64,000 nucleotides of DNA from Octopus vulgaris (Eukaryota): NCBI GenBank assembly GCA_951406725.2, contig OX597814.1:195362001-195426000 (forward strand), in the 5' to 3' direction. The position numbers were made by a program, and so were the translations under genes. Positions 16,326 through 31,062 of this stretch are shown one piece after another. Numbering within the stretch: the stretch's first letter is position 1; each line of letters opens with the position of its first letter. The notes under the pieces are model-generated. The model saw nothing but the letters and a program-made list of their open reading frames with translations. It was not told where the DNA came from and made no database searches.

Positions 16326-16480
16326 TCCTCCAGAAGATATCTATCAGCTATTTTAAGAATCGAAAAAGTATATTTGACGACGTGCTGTTCATTTTCGTGA
16401 TTTTGGGTAAAATTGTGACAAACTAGAAAATTATTCATCGTAGACGCGTGATCTGATGATAAGGGGTGTTAAGCTCACGA

Positions 16481-16862
16481 GTGGAGGCGCAATGGCCCAG
16501 TGGTTAGGGCAGCAGTCTCGCGGTCGTAGGATCGCGGTTTCGATTCCCAGACCGGGCGTTGTGAGTGTTTATTGAGCGAAAACACCTAAAGCTCCACGAG
16601 GCTCCGGCAGGGACGGTGGTGATCCCTGCTGTACTCTTTCACCACAACTTTCTCTCACTCTTACTTCCTGTTTCTGTTGTACCTGTATTTCAAAGGGCCG
16701 GCCTTGTCACTCTCTGTGTCACGCTGAATATCCCGAGAACTACGTTAAGGGTACACGTGTCTGTGGAGTGCTCAGCCACTTACACGTTAATTTCACGAGC
16801 AGGCTGTTCCGTTGATCGGATCAACCGGAACCCTCGTCGTCGTAACCGACAGAGTGCTTCCC
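16481..16862 (+). mobile_element. tRNA(Arg)-like SINE family B, full length
   Basis: Head TGGCCCAGTGG..CTCGCGG..GGTTTCGATTCC; TSD AAGCTCACGAG. Confidence 0.9.
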
Positions 16863-17199
16863 CAAGCTCACGAGCAGAAAAATGTTGGCTCAATTTCGGG
16901 ATTAGCCTGCGCGTTGTGTCCTTAAGCGAGGCACTTCATTTTACGATACTGAGACCCACTCGGGTGTAATTAACGTCTCTTCGATTTCATTATAACTGTA
17001 TGTGAAATTTTGATTATACTCATCTGTGTATCTGACCCGATCAGGCTGTGCTGTCCCCTCTATGTTGGCCCCTTGTGGGCAATAAAGAAACAAATTAATC
17101 TCTCTCTCTCTTCAACTGTCACATCCTCGAAATTCCACTGTGCCCAAGGGTGGGAAGTCACTTGAGAGTTCTATGTTTGCTCACGACTTCATTAGTACC

Positions 17200-17785
17200 T
17201 TCCGTATTTTGTTGGTGTGGAGGCGCAATGGCCCAGTGGTTAGGGCAGCGGACTCGCGGTCGTAGGATCGCGGTTTCGATTCCCAGACCGGGCGTTGAGC
17301 GAAAACACCTAAAAAGCTCCACGAGGCTCCGGCAGGGATGGTGGTGATCCCTGCTGTACTCTTACACCACAACTTTCTCTCACTCTTACTTCCTGTTTCT
17401 GTTGTACCTGTATTTCAAAGGGCCGGCCTTGTCACTCTCTGTGTCACGCTGAATATCCCCGAGAACTACGTTAAGGGTACACGTGTATGTGGAGTGCTCA
17501 GCCACTTACACGTTAATTTCACGAGCAGGCTGTTCCGTTGATCGGATCAACCGGAACCCTCGTCGTCGTAACCGACGGAGTGCTTCCATCCATCCATTTT
17601 GTTGGTATATGAGACGCACTTTTTATAAAAGAAATGTCTCAAAATATCACCCTGGGTCCTATATGCAAAGTTGGACCTATATTACATGATTTAATATACT
17701 AAAAGCTTATTTTACTGAATATACGCTGCTGAAATTGGGGTGCGTCGAATACGCCCGAGTAGCTTTTATGCCATCAAATACGCTT
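17200..17785. mobile_element. Decayed pogo/Tigger-like MITE split by SINE B
   Basis: CCGTATTT...GAGACGCAC at the left end and GGTGCGTC...AAATACG at the right end. Confidence 0.45.
17217..17595 (+). mobile_element. SINE family B inserted into a MITE terminus
   Basis: TSD ATTTTGTTGGT at 17206-17216 and 17596-17606; (CCAT)n tail. Confidence 0.9.
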
Positions 17786-19017
17786 AATACAATCAGCGTA
17801 AAAGTCATATCCGTTGGCGAGAAACGGATGGTTACTCGCTTTTTTAAAAAAAAATCAATCTTTCAAAGTAGGATTTAACTATAACGGAATAAGATACCAT
17901 TTTATTTTTATACGTATCTTCCTTTATTTTAAGAATAAGCAAAATTTAATATGTTATCCTCCATAATTTTCCTCCAGTTTTTCATTGTTCTCCATAATAC
18001 TTAAATATTGTTTGTTAGTTCTTTTTTGTTTTTGGTGGGGGGATTGGATTTTTTTTTTACGTATTTCTGATCCGGCTACTTTCGAATTTTTCTTCTTCAA
18101 ACATCCAGAATTTAATCCCACTATTGTTCTTAATTTGAAATTACTAAAAGACAAAAATGAAAATCGGTTTTGGTTGTGTCTGATCCAGTCATACTAGGAA
18201 TTTTCTCCTGAAATGACAAAAAAAAAAAAAGAAAAAAAAGCTTCCTTTAATACTCTTCAGTATGGTCAGATGGTTAAGCAGTTTACTGCATAACCAAGCG
18301 GGCCTGGGTTCAACCCCACTGCGTGGCACCTTTATCTTTTACTTGTTTTAATTATTAGACTGTGGTCATGCTGGGGTACCACTTTGAAGAAATTTTAGCC
18401 GAATGAATCGACCCTACTAATTTTTATAGGCTTGGTACTTATTCTATCGGTCTCTTTTGCCAAACCGCTAAGTTACGGGCACGTAAAAACACCAACGCCA
18501 ATGTCAGGCAGTGGTGGGGAACAACCATAGAAATGAAGATACATACACACACACACATGCGACGGGCTTCTTTCAGTTTCCGTCCACCAAATGCACCCAC
18601 AAGCTTCGGGCCGATCAAAGCCATGAGAATGGAATCGGTAGACGGAAACTGAAAGAAGTCCATCGTATAATATATATACGTTTTATTTATTATTTTGCAC
18701 ATTACTTAATCATCGTTAAATGTTTTATCTTATATTTAATCTTTCTAAAATGTAATTTTTCTAAATGGTATAATTTAATTTTTCATTATTGAATTGATAA
18801 AAGGTGTTATATTATATTTTGTGAAATAGTATTTCTAAATTGAATTTTTCCCTGTAAGTTTGGAATAATATTACCTCATATTTTATATATACATATTACG
18901 TCGCTGCGTAAGCAAAAAATGAACAAAATTTCGTTCCTTGCTGTTCAAAAGTTTCTATACTTTTTCATCGGCTTTCATCATTCTCACCGAATGTCTGTAC
19001 GTGTGAATTTATTCCCC

Positions 19018-19072
<55 letters not shown>

Positions 19073-19145
19073 TCACATAAACGTGCACGCAAACTCACAA
19101 ATATATGTATGAATGTATATACATATATATATTTATTTGTGTGTG

Positions 19146-19180
<35 letters not shown>

Positions 19181-19242
19181 ATATCTTTCTATTTAACTTG
19201 CTCAAATATATGTGTGCGTGTGTATGTTTCTGTGTGTGTGTG

Positions 19243-19304
<62 letters not shown>

Positions 19305-19329
19305 CATCCATCCATCCATCCATCCATCC

Positions 19330-19403
<74 letters not shown>

Positions 19404-19448
19404 TTACCTACCTCTGTCTATCTATCTACCTGTCTGTCTGCCTGTCTG

Positions 19449-19531
<83 letters not shown>

Positions 19532-20106
19532 GTGTCAATATATATATATATATATATATGTATATATTGCTTCTTTTTTAGTCAGCTCTTTTTGCAGTCC
19601 TCTCGCAAAATTTCTAAATTCAAGTGCACGTATACCTGTGTGTATTTGTTTGGAAGGGTATACGTAACATTACATCGTCATTGCGCAAGCGTTCCTTACG
19701 TTTCCGGGTAGATGCGGCTACACTTAATTGAACCGTCGGTATTCCGTACCATACTTACTGGGCGTAAAAGGTCAATACCTGTGATCGCTTATTGATAACT
19801 ATCGCTGATCAGGCAAGATCACGCAATTGATTGTATTACTCGATTGTGTGGAACACACAAACACACACAAACACACACACACACACACGCACACACGCAC
19901 ACACACAACGCACTATATTTTCTACACATACATACAGGCAAAGGTTCATGCATTCGTACACGGCCCTTATATATATGTATGCATATATTTATATATTTGT
20001 ATGTATAAATGTATACAAATGAAATGAAGCATATACACTCTAACATATACCTAACACATAAGGCGTACTCCCTTGATCATTCGTTCCACAAAAGCCAACG
20101 ACTCAA

Positions 20107-20232
<126 letters not shown>

Positions 20233-20342
20233 GCATATGTATATATATATATGCATATATATATGTATATATATATATATGCATATATATATGTATATAT
20301 ATATATACTATATATATATATATATATATGTATATATGTGTA

Positions 20343-20402
<60 letters not shown>

Positions 20403-20452
20403 TGTATATACATATATATATATATATATGTATTGTATATATATATATATGC

Positions 20453-20485
<33 letters not shown>

Positions 20486-21229
20486 CACACACATATATAT
20501 ACACACATATATACACATATATATGCACACACATATATACATACACATGCATATATACACATATACAGATGTGTATATACATGTGTATATATGTTATGTA
20601 TGTATAGGATATATATATATATACGTGCAAGCATGCATGTATGCATCCGCACATACATTCATACACACACACACTTAGTCACTCACTCTCTCTCTCTCTC
20701 TCTCTCTCTCCCTCTCTAAAACACACATAAGTACATTTTTGTATACGTACATATTCTGTTGGTAGACTAACATTTCTCTCATGACTTAAATCCAAATTTC
20801 TGTTGTTGCCTTCTTCGATCCATTTGTTCGTCATTGTACGAAAGACATTCACCGTTTGTCATACATTTACGACCCGTTCTCTGCTCTTCAGAAAAGATTC
20901 ATTTGGACAGAATGTCATTGAGAAGGTCAAAGAGCGATGATGGAACACTCTGTTGATAGCATTCACTGTGTGAAAAAAACTATACAGGAGTTGAATAACA
21001 GCACAGCAAGTATACATCAAGTATATCCAAAAAAAATTATAGCGCATGTAGGCAACAAAGGTATACACACATCATATCAACTGTTTGAAAACAATAGTGC
21101 ACGCATAAAAACAATGCGGTTACATGACTCTACCAGAATGTAATAATGTCACTTTGCGCAATATAGAAATCACATCTTTTTGTTAAACACATATATGATG
21201 GAACAACCACACACGCGCATATATAGATA

Positions 21230-21805
21230 CATATATACGTACAGGTGGAGGCGCAATGGCCCAGTGGTTAGGGCAGCGTACTCGCGGTTGTAGGATCACG
21301 GTTTCGATTCTCATATATGTATACGTACAGGTGGAGGTGCAATGGCCCAGTGGTTAGGGCAGCGTACTCGCGGTTGTAGGATCGCGGTTTCGATTCTCAT
21401 ACATATATACGTACAGGTGAAGGCGCAATGGCCCAGTGGTTAGGGCAGCGTACTCGCGGTTTCGATTCTCATACATATATATGTACAGGTGGAGGCGCAA
21501 TGGCCCAGTGGTTAGGGCAGCGTACTCGCGGTTGTAGGATCGCGGTTTCGATTCTCAGACCGGGCGTTGTGAGTGTTTATTGAGCGAAAACACCTAAAAG
21601 CTCCACAAGGCTCAGACAGGGGGTTGGGGGGGGATCCCTGCTGTACTCTTTCGCCACAACTTTCTCTCACTCTTTCTTCTGTTGGCCAGCTGGCTTAGCC
21701 AGCGGGGTCGCGTCATTTGAAAGCTAAAACAATGCGAAGCGCATTGTGACCAGCGATGTGTAGCAACATCTGATAGCCTGGTCGGTCACGGTGATCACGG
21801 TGATA
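21230..21805 (+). mobile_element. SINE B with a quadruplicated tRNA-like head and an alternative 3' tail
   Basis: Four copies (about 72-86 bp) of flank plus head, then the body, then a tail ending (CACGGTGAT)2. Confidence 0.85.
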
Positions 21806-22093
21806 TACATACAGAGAGAAGGAGATAAAGAGAGAGAACAAGGGAGAGGGAGAGAGAGAGATGTGAAAGAGAGAAACTCATATACAGATACTCGCACAGT
21901 CACATAGGCACACACACATACTTGCATATATTGCAATATAGAGAGGGTGAGAGAGAGTGTGTGCGTGAGATAGAGAGAGCGAAAAAGAAAAGAGAGGGAG
22001 AGAGAAAGGGGAGAGGAAGGGGAGAGAGATACTCATACACAGATTTCCACGCAGTCACATTCACATACAAACATATATGTATATTTTGCAGTA

Positions 22094-22138
<45 letters not shown>

Positions 22139-22499
22139 AGAGAGAGCCGGAGAGAGAGGAGAGAGAGGGAAAGAGACGGAGAGAGAGGAGAGAGAGAGAA
22201 GGAGAGAGAGAGAGAGAAAAAGCAAGAGAGAGAAAGAAACTCAGATACAGGTACCCACTAAATGACATATACACACACAGATTGTAGCCACATACACATG
22301 CAAAAACACACACACACAAACACACACACACACACACAAACACAGGACCTCCATACAACCACACAAACAGGCAAGCAGAGACGCGCGGACATAGAGACAG
22401 GCATTCGTTCATGTACGTCTATACATGTATAGAAGTGTATATGTGTATGGATGTGTGTATGGATATGCGAGTGTATGTATGTATGTATGTATGTATGTA

Positions 22500-22556
<57 letters not shown>

Positions 22557-22761
22557 TAGAGAGTGTTTCCATTTCATTGATCTCACGAATGCTTATCTAA
22601 GTAATGTGTAAAGAACATTCATTACCCAGGCTTAATTAATTAATTAATTATTTGAAGGTGTATTATTATAGTGTGTCATATAATTGTTTTATGAGCTTAA
22701 TTATGGATCCCGACTTTTAATGTGGAAATTGAAATGAAAGATATTTTGTACCACTTGTTTG

Positions 22762-22806
<45 letters not shown>

Positions 22807-23377
22807 TTGTATGTGCATGTGGATGTGTGAGTGTGTGCGTGTGCATATACTTGTTTGTTAGTGCGTGTACGTCTATATTTATGTATATATGCGTATGTAT
22901 ATAAATATATATGTATATGCATAAAATATAAATGAGTAACGAAGAGGTGCAGGTATGTAAATGAGACGTGCGGACACATATTTTATTCACCTACCCTGGA
23001 AACTACGCTTCGTAAATATCATAGTCAGTATTTTTTAATATAAAGTACACGTCTGAATAACTAAGAGCAGATTCTTTCACTCAGCTGGGTCTTATTATCT
23101 GCATACACTGCAAGAATATCATGTGGTCGGCACTTATTCACCAAGTTTGATATACATTTAATATTGTTGAGTTTGCATGTGACTCAGACCTAACACGGTG
23201 CTTAAATTTAAGTACCTAATTCAACTGATTCTTATTTGTTTTATATACATATATTAATAATAAAAGGATAAAATTTATTAATTAAATTAATCAATTTAAT
23301 TTATATATATATATGAATTTTTTGTGTAATGAGATAAAAAACAAGGCTGTTTTAATTAGAGCATTTATAGATTGAAG

Positions 23378-23435
23378 GTCTTACAGTTGTTTCTAGAATA
23401 TTAATTAATAATAATAATATCCCTTCCTCGGAGTC
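23378..23435 (-). ncRNA. Degenerate hammerhead-like motif (CCGA variant)
   Basis: GACU CCGAGGA A GGGAUAUUA...UAAUAUUCU A GAAAC AACU GUA AGAC. Confidence 0.5.
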
Positions 23436-23550
23436 GGTGTGGGAGGAAAAGTTGTATATATATATATAACAAAGTGGAGTTGTAGGGTACCGCACGAGTG
23501 GAATTACATACGAAAGAAGGTTTGAAAATGCAATTTAAAAGATGTTTATT

Positions 23551-23593
23551 TACTTTACCGGTTTCACTCTTTGGAAAAAGATAGTCAAAAGTA
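23551..23593 (-). ncRNA. Hammerhead-like motif, UUGA variant
   Basis: UACUU UUGACUA UCUUU-UUCC-AAAGA GU GAAAC CG GUA AAGUA; perfect 5-bp stem I, ACCGGU palindrome. Confidence 0.55.
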
Positions 23594-24098
23594 ACATGTA
23601 GAAGTTTGGTTGCGTTAATTATTGGTTGTTACAAATTGCTACATTACATATATACAGTCTTTGGTAACAGGGACATGTTAAGGACATAAAAAAGTTCAAC
23701 AAGTTCCTTAAAATATTGGGCACAAAAGATTACTACATAAATAATCGTTCTCAAGGACATGCTTAAGATAGTTTCCAGAAGGAATTGATATTGGTATTGT
23801 ATCTGTATATTCAAACATGCACAGAATATTGGTTGACACAGAGTACTACAATCCATATAAATATACATTCTTTGGTGACAAGAGTAAAAAAGAGAGACAG
23901 AGAGAAAAAAGGAAAATGTCACTTGCATTTGAAAACTATGGAAATATTTTTAGCAAAACGTTTCATTTAATTTTTCCACAATTTTATTGTTTTTCATGCT
24001 TTACTCTAAGTTGAAAAAGTCGCAAAAACTGAATCCGGTACTAAAATGTTCTTTACGATAAAATTAATTTAGCATTTTCTATCTTGTCTAATTTCCCT

Positions 24099-24131
<33 letters not shown>

Positions 24132-24132
24132 A

Positions 24133-24179
<47 letters not shown>

Positions 24180-24180
24180 A

Positions 24181-24380
24181 TAGTTAATCAAAAACACGGA
24201 GAAAAAAGACAATGAGAAAAAAAAACAACGCGAGGACGTGGTAAACGCAAAGTATTAATAAAACGTTCAAGGAAGGAAAGAAAGGATGTTTTATGTTTCG
24301 AGCAAACCTCCTCAGAAACAGGAGACGGAGGAAAGTCCAAGGAAGACGAAGGAAAAAAAATCGCCGTCACTCCACATGTA
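24181..24380 (-). mobile_element. Penelope-like terminal fragment with a decayed hammerhead (24287-24320)
   Basis: Homologous to 1-140 and 32918-33010; UGUUU CUGAGGA..CUC GAAAC AUA AAACA. Confidence 0.65.
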
Positions 24381-24398
24381 GTTGCATGTGGTTATATA

Positions 24399-24569
<171 letters not shown>

Positions 24570-24856
24570 CATATACATATATATACATATAGGTGCCACG
24601 TATAAAGCTTTGGTGCTGGTACATCGTAAAAACAACCCAATGTATTCTGTAAAGTGATTGGTTCTTTTAGAGTTTTTTTTAATTTTCTGACTTATGGACA
24701 TAACAACCGACCTACATACATACATACATACATACATACATACATACACACACACATATATACATACATGCATGCATACATACATACATACATACATACA
24801 TACATACATACATACATACATACATACATACATACATACATACATGCATACATACA

Positions 24857-24892
<36 letters not shown>

Positions 24893-24969
24893 CATACATA
24901 CATACATGCACACACATATACATACACATACATACATACATACATACATACATACATACGTACATACAT

Positions 24970-25328
24970 ACAAATTCGTCTGTGTTAACTACATCCCAAA
25001 GATGGAGTCTTGTATCTTTGTTGGAAACCGGTTCCCTCCTCAGTAGAAGATTTATAATAATTAAAAAATAGAAGAGATACACATACAAGATATCCCTCAC
25101 ATCATGAGCAGCTGCTCCAAAATGTCTACGAAATACTACCGGCCTCTGAGGCATGATTTAGTTGCGATATTTAGAATGCTGTCCACAGGAAGGAATATTG
25201 GTAGAACACCCCAATAAAAACATCAGTTCGATGCAAACATAACAGACCTGATATTGTTCTTTGAGATAGGGAACAAAAGTCATGCACTGTTTGTTGTAGG
25301 GGTCAGCTGCCCAGCAGATGTGAATGTA
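24970..25328 (+). pseudogene. Decayed R4/Dong-like (RLE) LINE fragment
   Basis: Hand translation gives QDIPHIMSSCSKMSTKYYRPLRHD and KEYW*NTPIKT..CKHNRPDIVL*DREQK..VSCPADVNV; lies next to (CATA)n and is cut by a mariner at a TA. Confidence 0.7.
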
Positions 25329-25888
25329 TTGGGTTGTCCGGAAAGTTCATTCCACTTTTTAAATGAAAGAAAAAGGTCAATAAATACTTGCTATTACATT
25401 TTTAATCAACCAAATATGAACCATTTTGTTGCACAATGCATCTTTCCTTTAACTTGAAAATACCCTCTTCCCAGAACTGAGGTGGTTTCATGGCAAAGAA
25501 TTCATCAGCATATCTTTTTACGTCATCCAAGGAATTGAAATTTTTACCATTAAGTCTATTCTGCAGAGATCTGAATAAGTGGAAATCCGAAGGAGCAATA
25601 TCTGGTGAATATGGAGGGTGGGGTAACACATCCTAACCGAGCTGCAGCAATTTTTGTCTGGTTCCCAAAACATCAAGTGCCGAAAATGAACTTTCTTATT
25701 TTCCATTTTAAAGGGTTACAGAATTAACACAGGTTATAGGAACATAAACCTTCTTCCACGAAAAGATAGCTTAAACTGTGCTCTAAATGGAGGTGAAGTC
25801 AAATCCTATTTTATGGACTCAACCATGTTCTAAAATAAGCCGAAAGGTAAGCTACTATAAATCGGCACGAAATTTCTGGACAACCCAA
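25329..25888 (-). mobile_element. Internally deleted mariner transposon
   Basis: TIRs TTGGGTTGTCCGGAAA / TTTCTGGACAACCCAA with TA TSD; HPPYSPDIAPSDFHLF motif plus N-terminal MENKKVHFRH. Confidence 0.9.
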
Positions 25889-27300
25889 TATATAGAGCAC
25901 CAACCGGGGTACTGGTGCGGCTCTCTTAGCTTCCAGCTGTCAGATACTGGATGGATTATTGGATTAAGAAGATGGGTGCAGAGAGGCTGCCTATTTTTTT
26001 TCTTATGACAACATAGACACCCAAAATCTTTAACGAAAGTAAACTACATGTCACCAAGATATATTTGTTCACTCGCTACGTCTGTTTGTACACACATACA
26101 CACGGACGCACACAACCACACGCATACACATACGCACACACACAAATGCTCGCAGGTAACTCCTGTTGGTGTTTGCTTCTGGGCAAATGGTATTTATTAG
26201 TTAGAATAAAGCATTCAAAGTATTAGTACAGAAAACCAACAGCTTTGATTTAAAACAGTGACTCAATACAAGGCGTTTTGTTCTTCGAACGAAACACGAC
26301 GCTTTTTGTCGCATTCACTGTTTGAACAAAGCATTTAAATTTTTACATATATTTCACGTCTACGTATGTGTTCGCATCATATGTGTCTGTGCGTATGGGA
26401 AGAGATAGATTGATATAAAGATAGATAGATCGATAGAGAGAGAGAGAAAGAGAGCAAGGAGAGGGCAATTGAAGGAAAGAGCAAGCGAAAGAGAGAGCAA
26501 GCAAAGGAGAAAACATGTGAAGGAGAGAACATGTGAAGGAGAGAATGTGTTATATGGAACGATTCAATGTTTTTTTTTATTTATTTTTCCTCCATGAACA
26601 TCTTAAAGTCTACATAAAACCTTTGGATATCAAGAATGGAAAATATAAAGAAAGAATAGAATTGTAATGAGCCCGCAGTATTTTAACAACAACAACAACA
26701 ACAGCAGCAAGAAGAAGAAGAAGAAGAAGAAGAAGAACAACAACAACAACAACAACAAAGAACAACAACAACCATCAAAAGACCAACCCGTACGTTTGTA
26801 CGATTGCAACAGTTTTCAAAAAGAAAAAGAAAAAAGAAAATAGAAACAAACAAAACCAAAAACAACAACAACAAAAAAATCACCATTCCTTGCCTTGTCT
26901 TGCCTCTGGCCGTTGGTTCATTACCTACACGAATTCTTTGTTAAGAGACAACAGACGAAAGATAGAGAAAAACCTATCGCTATTGTCTCAAGCTAAGCGC
27001 ACACAGACTCGACGAAACACGCCATTTTTGGGTATATCTACGTTCACCGTTGAGCAACAACAGGCGTGTTTTTTTAAATTTTAGTTGCATTTACTTATTT
27101 ATATAGCTGGAGGTCTTCTATTTCTCGATTGTTCGATTGGTGACTGTCTGCCAGTAGGAGAAAGTAAAATAGAAAACAGGAGATTACATGCTGATTTCTT
27201 CAATATTTCGTTTTTGCTAATGAGAAAATTTAAGGTAAGATACATCATCGGAAGTTACTGTACTGTATAACTTTTAGTTTAAAAGCATCGAGTTAAGTAT

Positions 27301-27364
<64 letters not shown>

Positions 27365-27378
27365 GTATAAGAATAATG

Positions 27379-27461
<83 letters not shown>

Positions 27462-27894
27462 TATAATGACAAAATTACTGCTGTTATACTAAAACGACCA
27501 AAAGAATTGCACTGTAACCAGATCATCAACCAACAAACATCACAGCAACCACAACTATCGCAACTGTCACGACTACAGCGACCTCTACCGCCGGTATCAA
27601 CGTTACTGCTGTACCACTTGACTTCTACCAAAACAATATCATTAAGAAGTGAATAAATGATAACGAAAAAGAAAAAAAGGGGGGAATAAGAATATAAAGA
27701 ATTATTTAAAATGAACCGGAGTGGCTGTGTGGTAAGTAGCTTGTTTACCAACCACATGGTTCCGGGTTCAGTCCCACTGTGTGGAACCTTGGGCAAGTGT
27801 CTTCTGCTATAGCCCCGGGCGGACCAAAGCCTTGTGAGTGGATTTGGCAGACAGAAACTGAAAGAAACCCGTCGTATATATATATATATATATA

Positions 27895-30800
27895 TGATTG
27901 ATTGATTGATTGATTGATTCTAGTTTCAGCTTATGAGCTGTGGCCATGCTGGAGCACCGCCATTTGGTGTTGCTACTTGGTTTCACTTCACGAAAGCTTT
28001 CTAGCAACTGCCATTTGGTGCATGAGAGAGTTCGCTGCAGCTGCCCTCATCTGCCCCTCCTGCCGTGAAGTTGGTTCATCTGGGACACCTGACAGGAAGA
28101 GATCCAGCTTCATTTTAAAGACATCTGCATCCACCCCATGCAGGTCTCTCAGGTTCTTCGGGAGGATATTGAAGAGCTATGGGCCTCGGAAGCCCAGGCT
28201 GTCACAGAATCATGTCCTACATCTTGATGGCAAGTTTGGAGTCCTAGGCACCACGCAGTGGCGCCCAGTTCTGGCATTTGCGTAACTCTCGATGCCAAAG
28301 TTTAGGACACGTCCCTCCAGGATCTTCCAGATGTATATTATGGCATATCTTTCCCGCCTACGCTCCAGGGAATATAGTTTTAATCTCTTGAGTCTTTCCC
28401 AGTAGCTTACATTCTGCATAGAGGCTATCTTCTTCGTGTAGCTACGTTGGATCGCCTCGAGCTCTGTGATCAACTTGACACTGGATGGTGACCATAACTG
28501 AGAGCAGTAGTCAAAGTGGCTTAGGACAAGTGTCCTCCAGAGGACCATCATGGTTTCTTGTTCTCTTGTTCTAAAGGTTCTGAGGATCCATCCAGCCAGT
28601 CGTCTACATTTCATTGCCAATTTAGCAACATGTACACGAAAGGTCGCGTCATCACTCATGTAAATACCTAGGTCACGCACTGATTGTGCCTCTGGGATTG
28701 CTATTCCTCCGGGTCCAGTGTATTCATTGGGTATTGCATTTAGTTTTGCATGCTGATAGTATAGAGCTTGAAACTTTTCAGCATTGAACTGCATGCTATT
28801 CTTTTCAGCCCACTTGTATATTTTGTCCAGCTCACATTGCAGGTGTTTAGTGTCCTCAGGGTTCTGTATTGCCTGTGAAACTTTTGTATCATCTGCATAA
28901 CTTGTGATCGTGGCTCTCTGCGTGGCTGAGGGCATGTCTGAGAGGGCCATTATGAACAGTAGTGGTCCCAGAACAGTGCCCTGCGGAACACCGCTCACTA
29001 TTTGCGTGTTAATGGAAGTGGCCCCATTGGCTACTACCACCTGACTTCTATCTTTCAGAAAGTCATGAAGCCATTCTCCCAGTTTTCCAACTATGTTGAG
29101 ATCACGCAGTTTGTGACATATCATTCCATGATCGACTTTATCAAAGGCCTTTGCAAAGTCGAGATATATCACTTCCACATTTGAGTGGTTGAGCAGCCGT
29201 TTCAGCACCCAGTCATAGTGTTGTAGGAGCTGAGTTAAACAGCTTCTCCCTGGTCGGAAACCATGTTGGGTGTCGGGCAGCAAGTCATTCTCTTCAAGGA
29301 AGGTGATCAGCTTCCTTCTGACTATTCGTTCCATGACCTTGCTGATGTGTGAGGTCAGAGAGATAGGTCTGTAGTTCTTGGCTTCCGCTCTGCTACCTCC
29401 TTTATGAATGGGGCATATTTTACCTTCCTTCAGTTTTCTTGGAAGTTTGCCAGCTGCAAGGAAGCTCTGAAAGAAGAACTGCAGTGGTCTTGCTAGGACT
29501 CTCTTACATGCTTTTAGGAGGATTGCCGGGAATCCATCGGGGCCAGTAGCTGAGTCTGTTTTCATTTCATCTATAGCCTTGATTACATCGTCTTCCTTTA
29601 TATCGATGTAATCTATCGTCGCCGCCTCTGATTTTATATCTGCAGTGGTAAAAAAGTCAGTTGGATTGGTGATTTGGAGATGCCCAAGGGGTGGAGTGAA
29701 AACACTCTTGAATTGCTCATTCAGTATTTCACTTACCCTCATTGGTTTTCCTGTAAGTGTGCCATCCTTTTCGAGGAGTGGCCCTATTCTACAGTGCACC
29801 GTAGCTGTTTCTTTGGCATACCTGTAGAAAGCTCTGGGGTTAGATTTTATGTTGTCTATAGTCCAGGCTTCTTTGTCTGCTCTTTCTTTTTCATGGGAGA
29901 GTTGCAGACATTTTTCGATTTCCAACAGTTTTATTTTTAGGCGGGACTTTTCACTGCTTTCAATCTGTTTGTTTAGGCGATTTGAAAATTTTGTACGCCG
30001 TCTCATTAAAATTTTCCTCTCTCTGGGGATTTTGTTCTTGTGTACAGTGGCCTTTCTCTCTGGGACACATTTGTAGCATATGGCTTGCATTACAGACATG
30101 AATTGTTGAAGTTTCACGTCGATGTCTGGCGAGGAGAGACATTTAGGCCAGTTTTGTTTGAGGATCTCTTTCTCAATTTGTTTCCAGTTTGCCTTATGGT
30201 AGTTCAAGCTGGAAAGATTCTGAGGGTTTCTTGTAGGCTGCATGTCCGTGCTCTCTTTTGGCCCGTACATGGTCAGCTCTATCATGTTGTGATCCGAGAG
30301 TAGTGTCGGTGTCACTTTCACATTATGGATGAGATCCATGTCATTTGTGAAGCAGAGATCCAGTGTGTTACCTGCCCTGGTTGGTTGGAGTATTACCTGC
30401 TCCATGTACAGGGTGTTGATGAGGTTCAGGAGGGACCTCGCCTGTCCTCGTTCACATCTTGTCATTCCTGGGAGAGAAAGGCCCTCGGGCCATCTGACAT
30501 TGGGCAGATTGAAGTCTCCCATAAGAAGTACACTTATGTGTTGTTCTAATGTGGTTAGAACTTCTTCTATTTTTATAAGGCAGTCTTCAAACTTGCCCAC
30601 ATGGCTTGGGGCATCTGGAGGGCGATATGTAGCACACACAACTACATCAAGTTGCCTAATATGTACAATTAGTGTGTCACACACCGAGTTTGAGTATGAC
30701 AAGAGGACCTGGGGTGTGAGGTCCTCACGGATGTACATAGCAACACCTCCATGACTCCTTTCTTTTCTGTCGGTCCGTAGTACAACATACTGTGGTATGT

Positions 30801-30983
30801 GTAACTCCGCATCTGCTATGTCCGGTTTCAGGTGCGTTTCCGTAAGTGCTATGCATAAGGCTTGATTGCATGCAACAAAGTCTTTCAGGAACGGGATTTT
30901 TGTCCTGTTACTGAGTGTTTGCAGCCCTCTGATATTCAGTAGGAGCATCGAGGTGAGGTGTACGTTGTTGCCGGCGGTGTCCA
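27895..30983 (-). mobile_element. APE+RT LINE (CR1/Jockey group), near-complete ORF2
   Basis: APE motifs (LNIRG, LTETHL, YRPP, GDFN, LDL, SDH) and RT motifs (YRPISLTS, QHGFR, DFAKAFD, GVPQG, YADD); (TCAA)n tail. Confidence 0.92.
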
Positions 30984-30984
30984 T
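28210..30984 (-). pseudogene. LINE ORF2, endonuclease/reverse transcriptase (924 aa)
   Basis: The frame continues past two premature stops (FCDSLGFRGP*LFNILP...VPDEP...RAAAANSL) to about 27988. Confidence 0.9.
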
Positions 30985-30987
30985 ATA

Positions 30988-31062
<75 letters not shown>

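Noticed and set aside
16565-16969. Recurrent ORFs such as MFIERKHLK, MVVIPAVL and MSSNAR
   Set aside because: Chance frames inside SINE A/B copies
20760-21143. Possible coding exon in a unique island
   Set aside because: Only short ORFs and no recognisable motif
21244-21560. tRNA gene cluster
   Set aside because: SINE heads lacking a proper acceptor stem and continuing into the SINE body
29002-30754. Plus-strand ORFs overlapping the LINE
   Set aside because: Antisense shadows of ORF2
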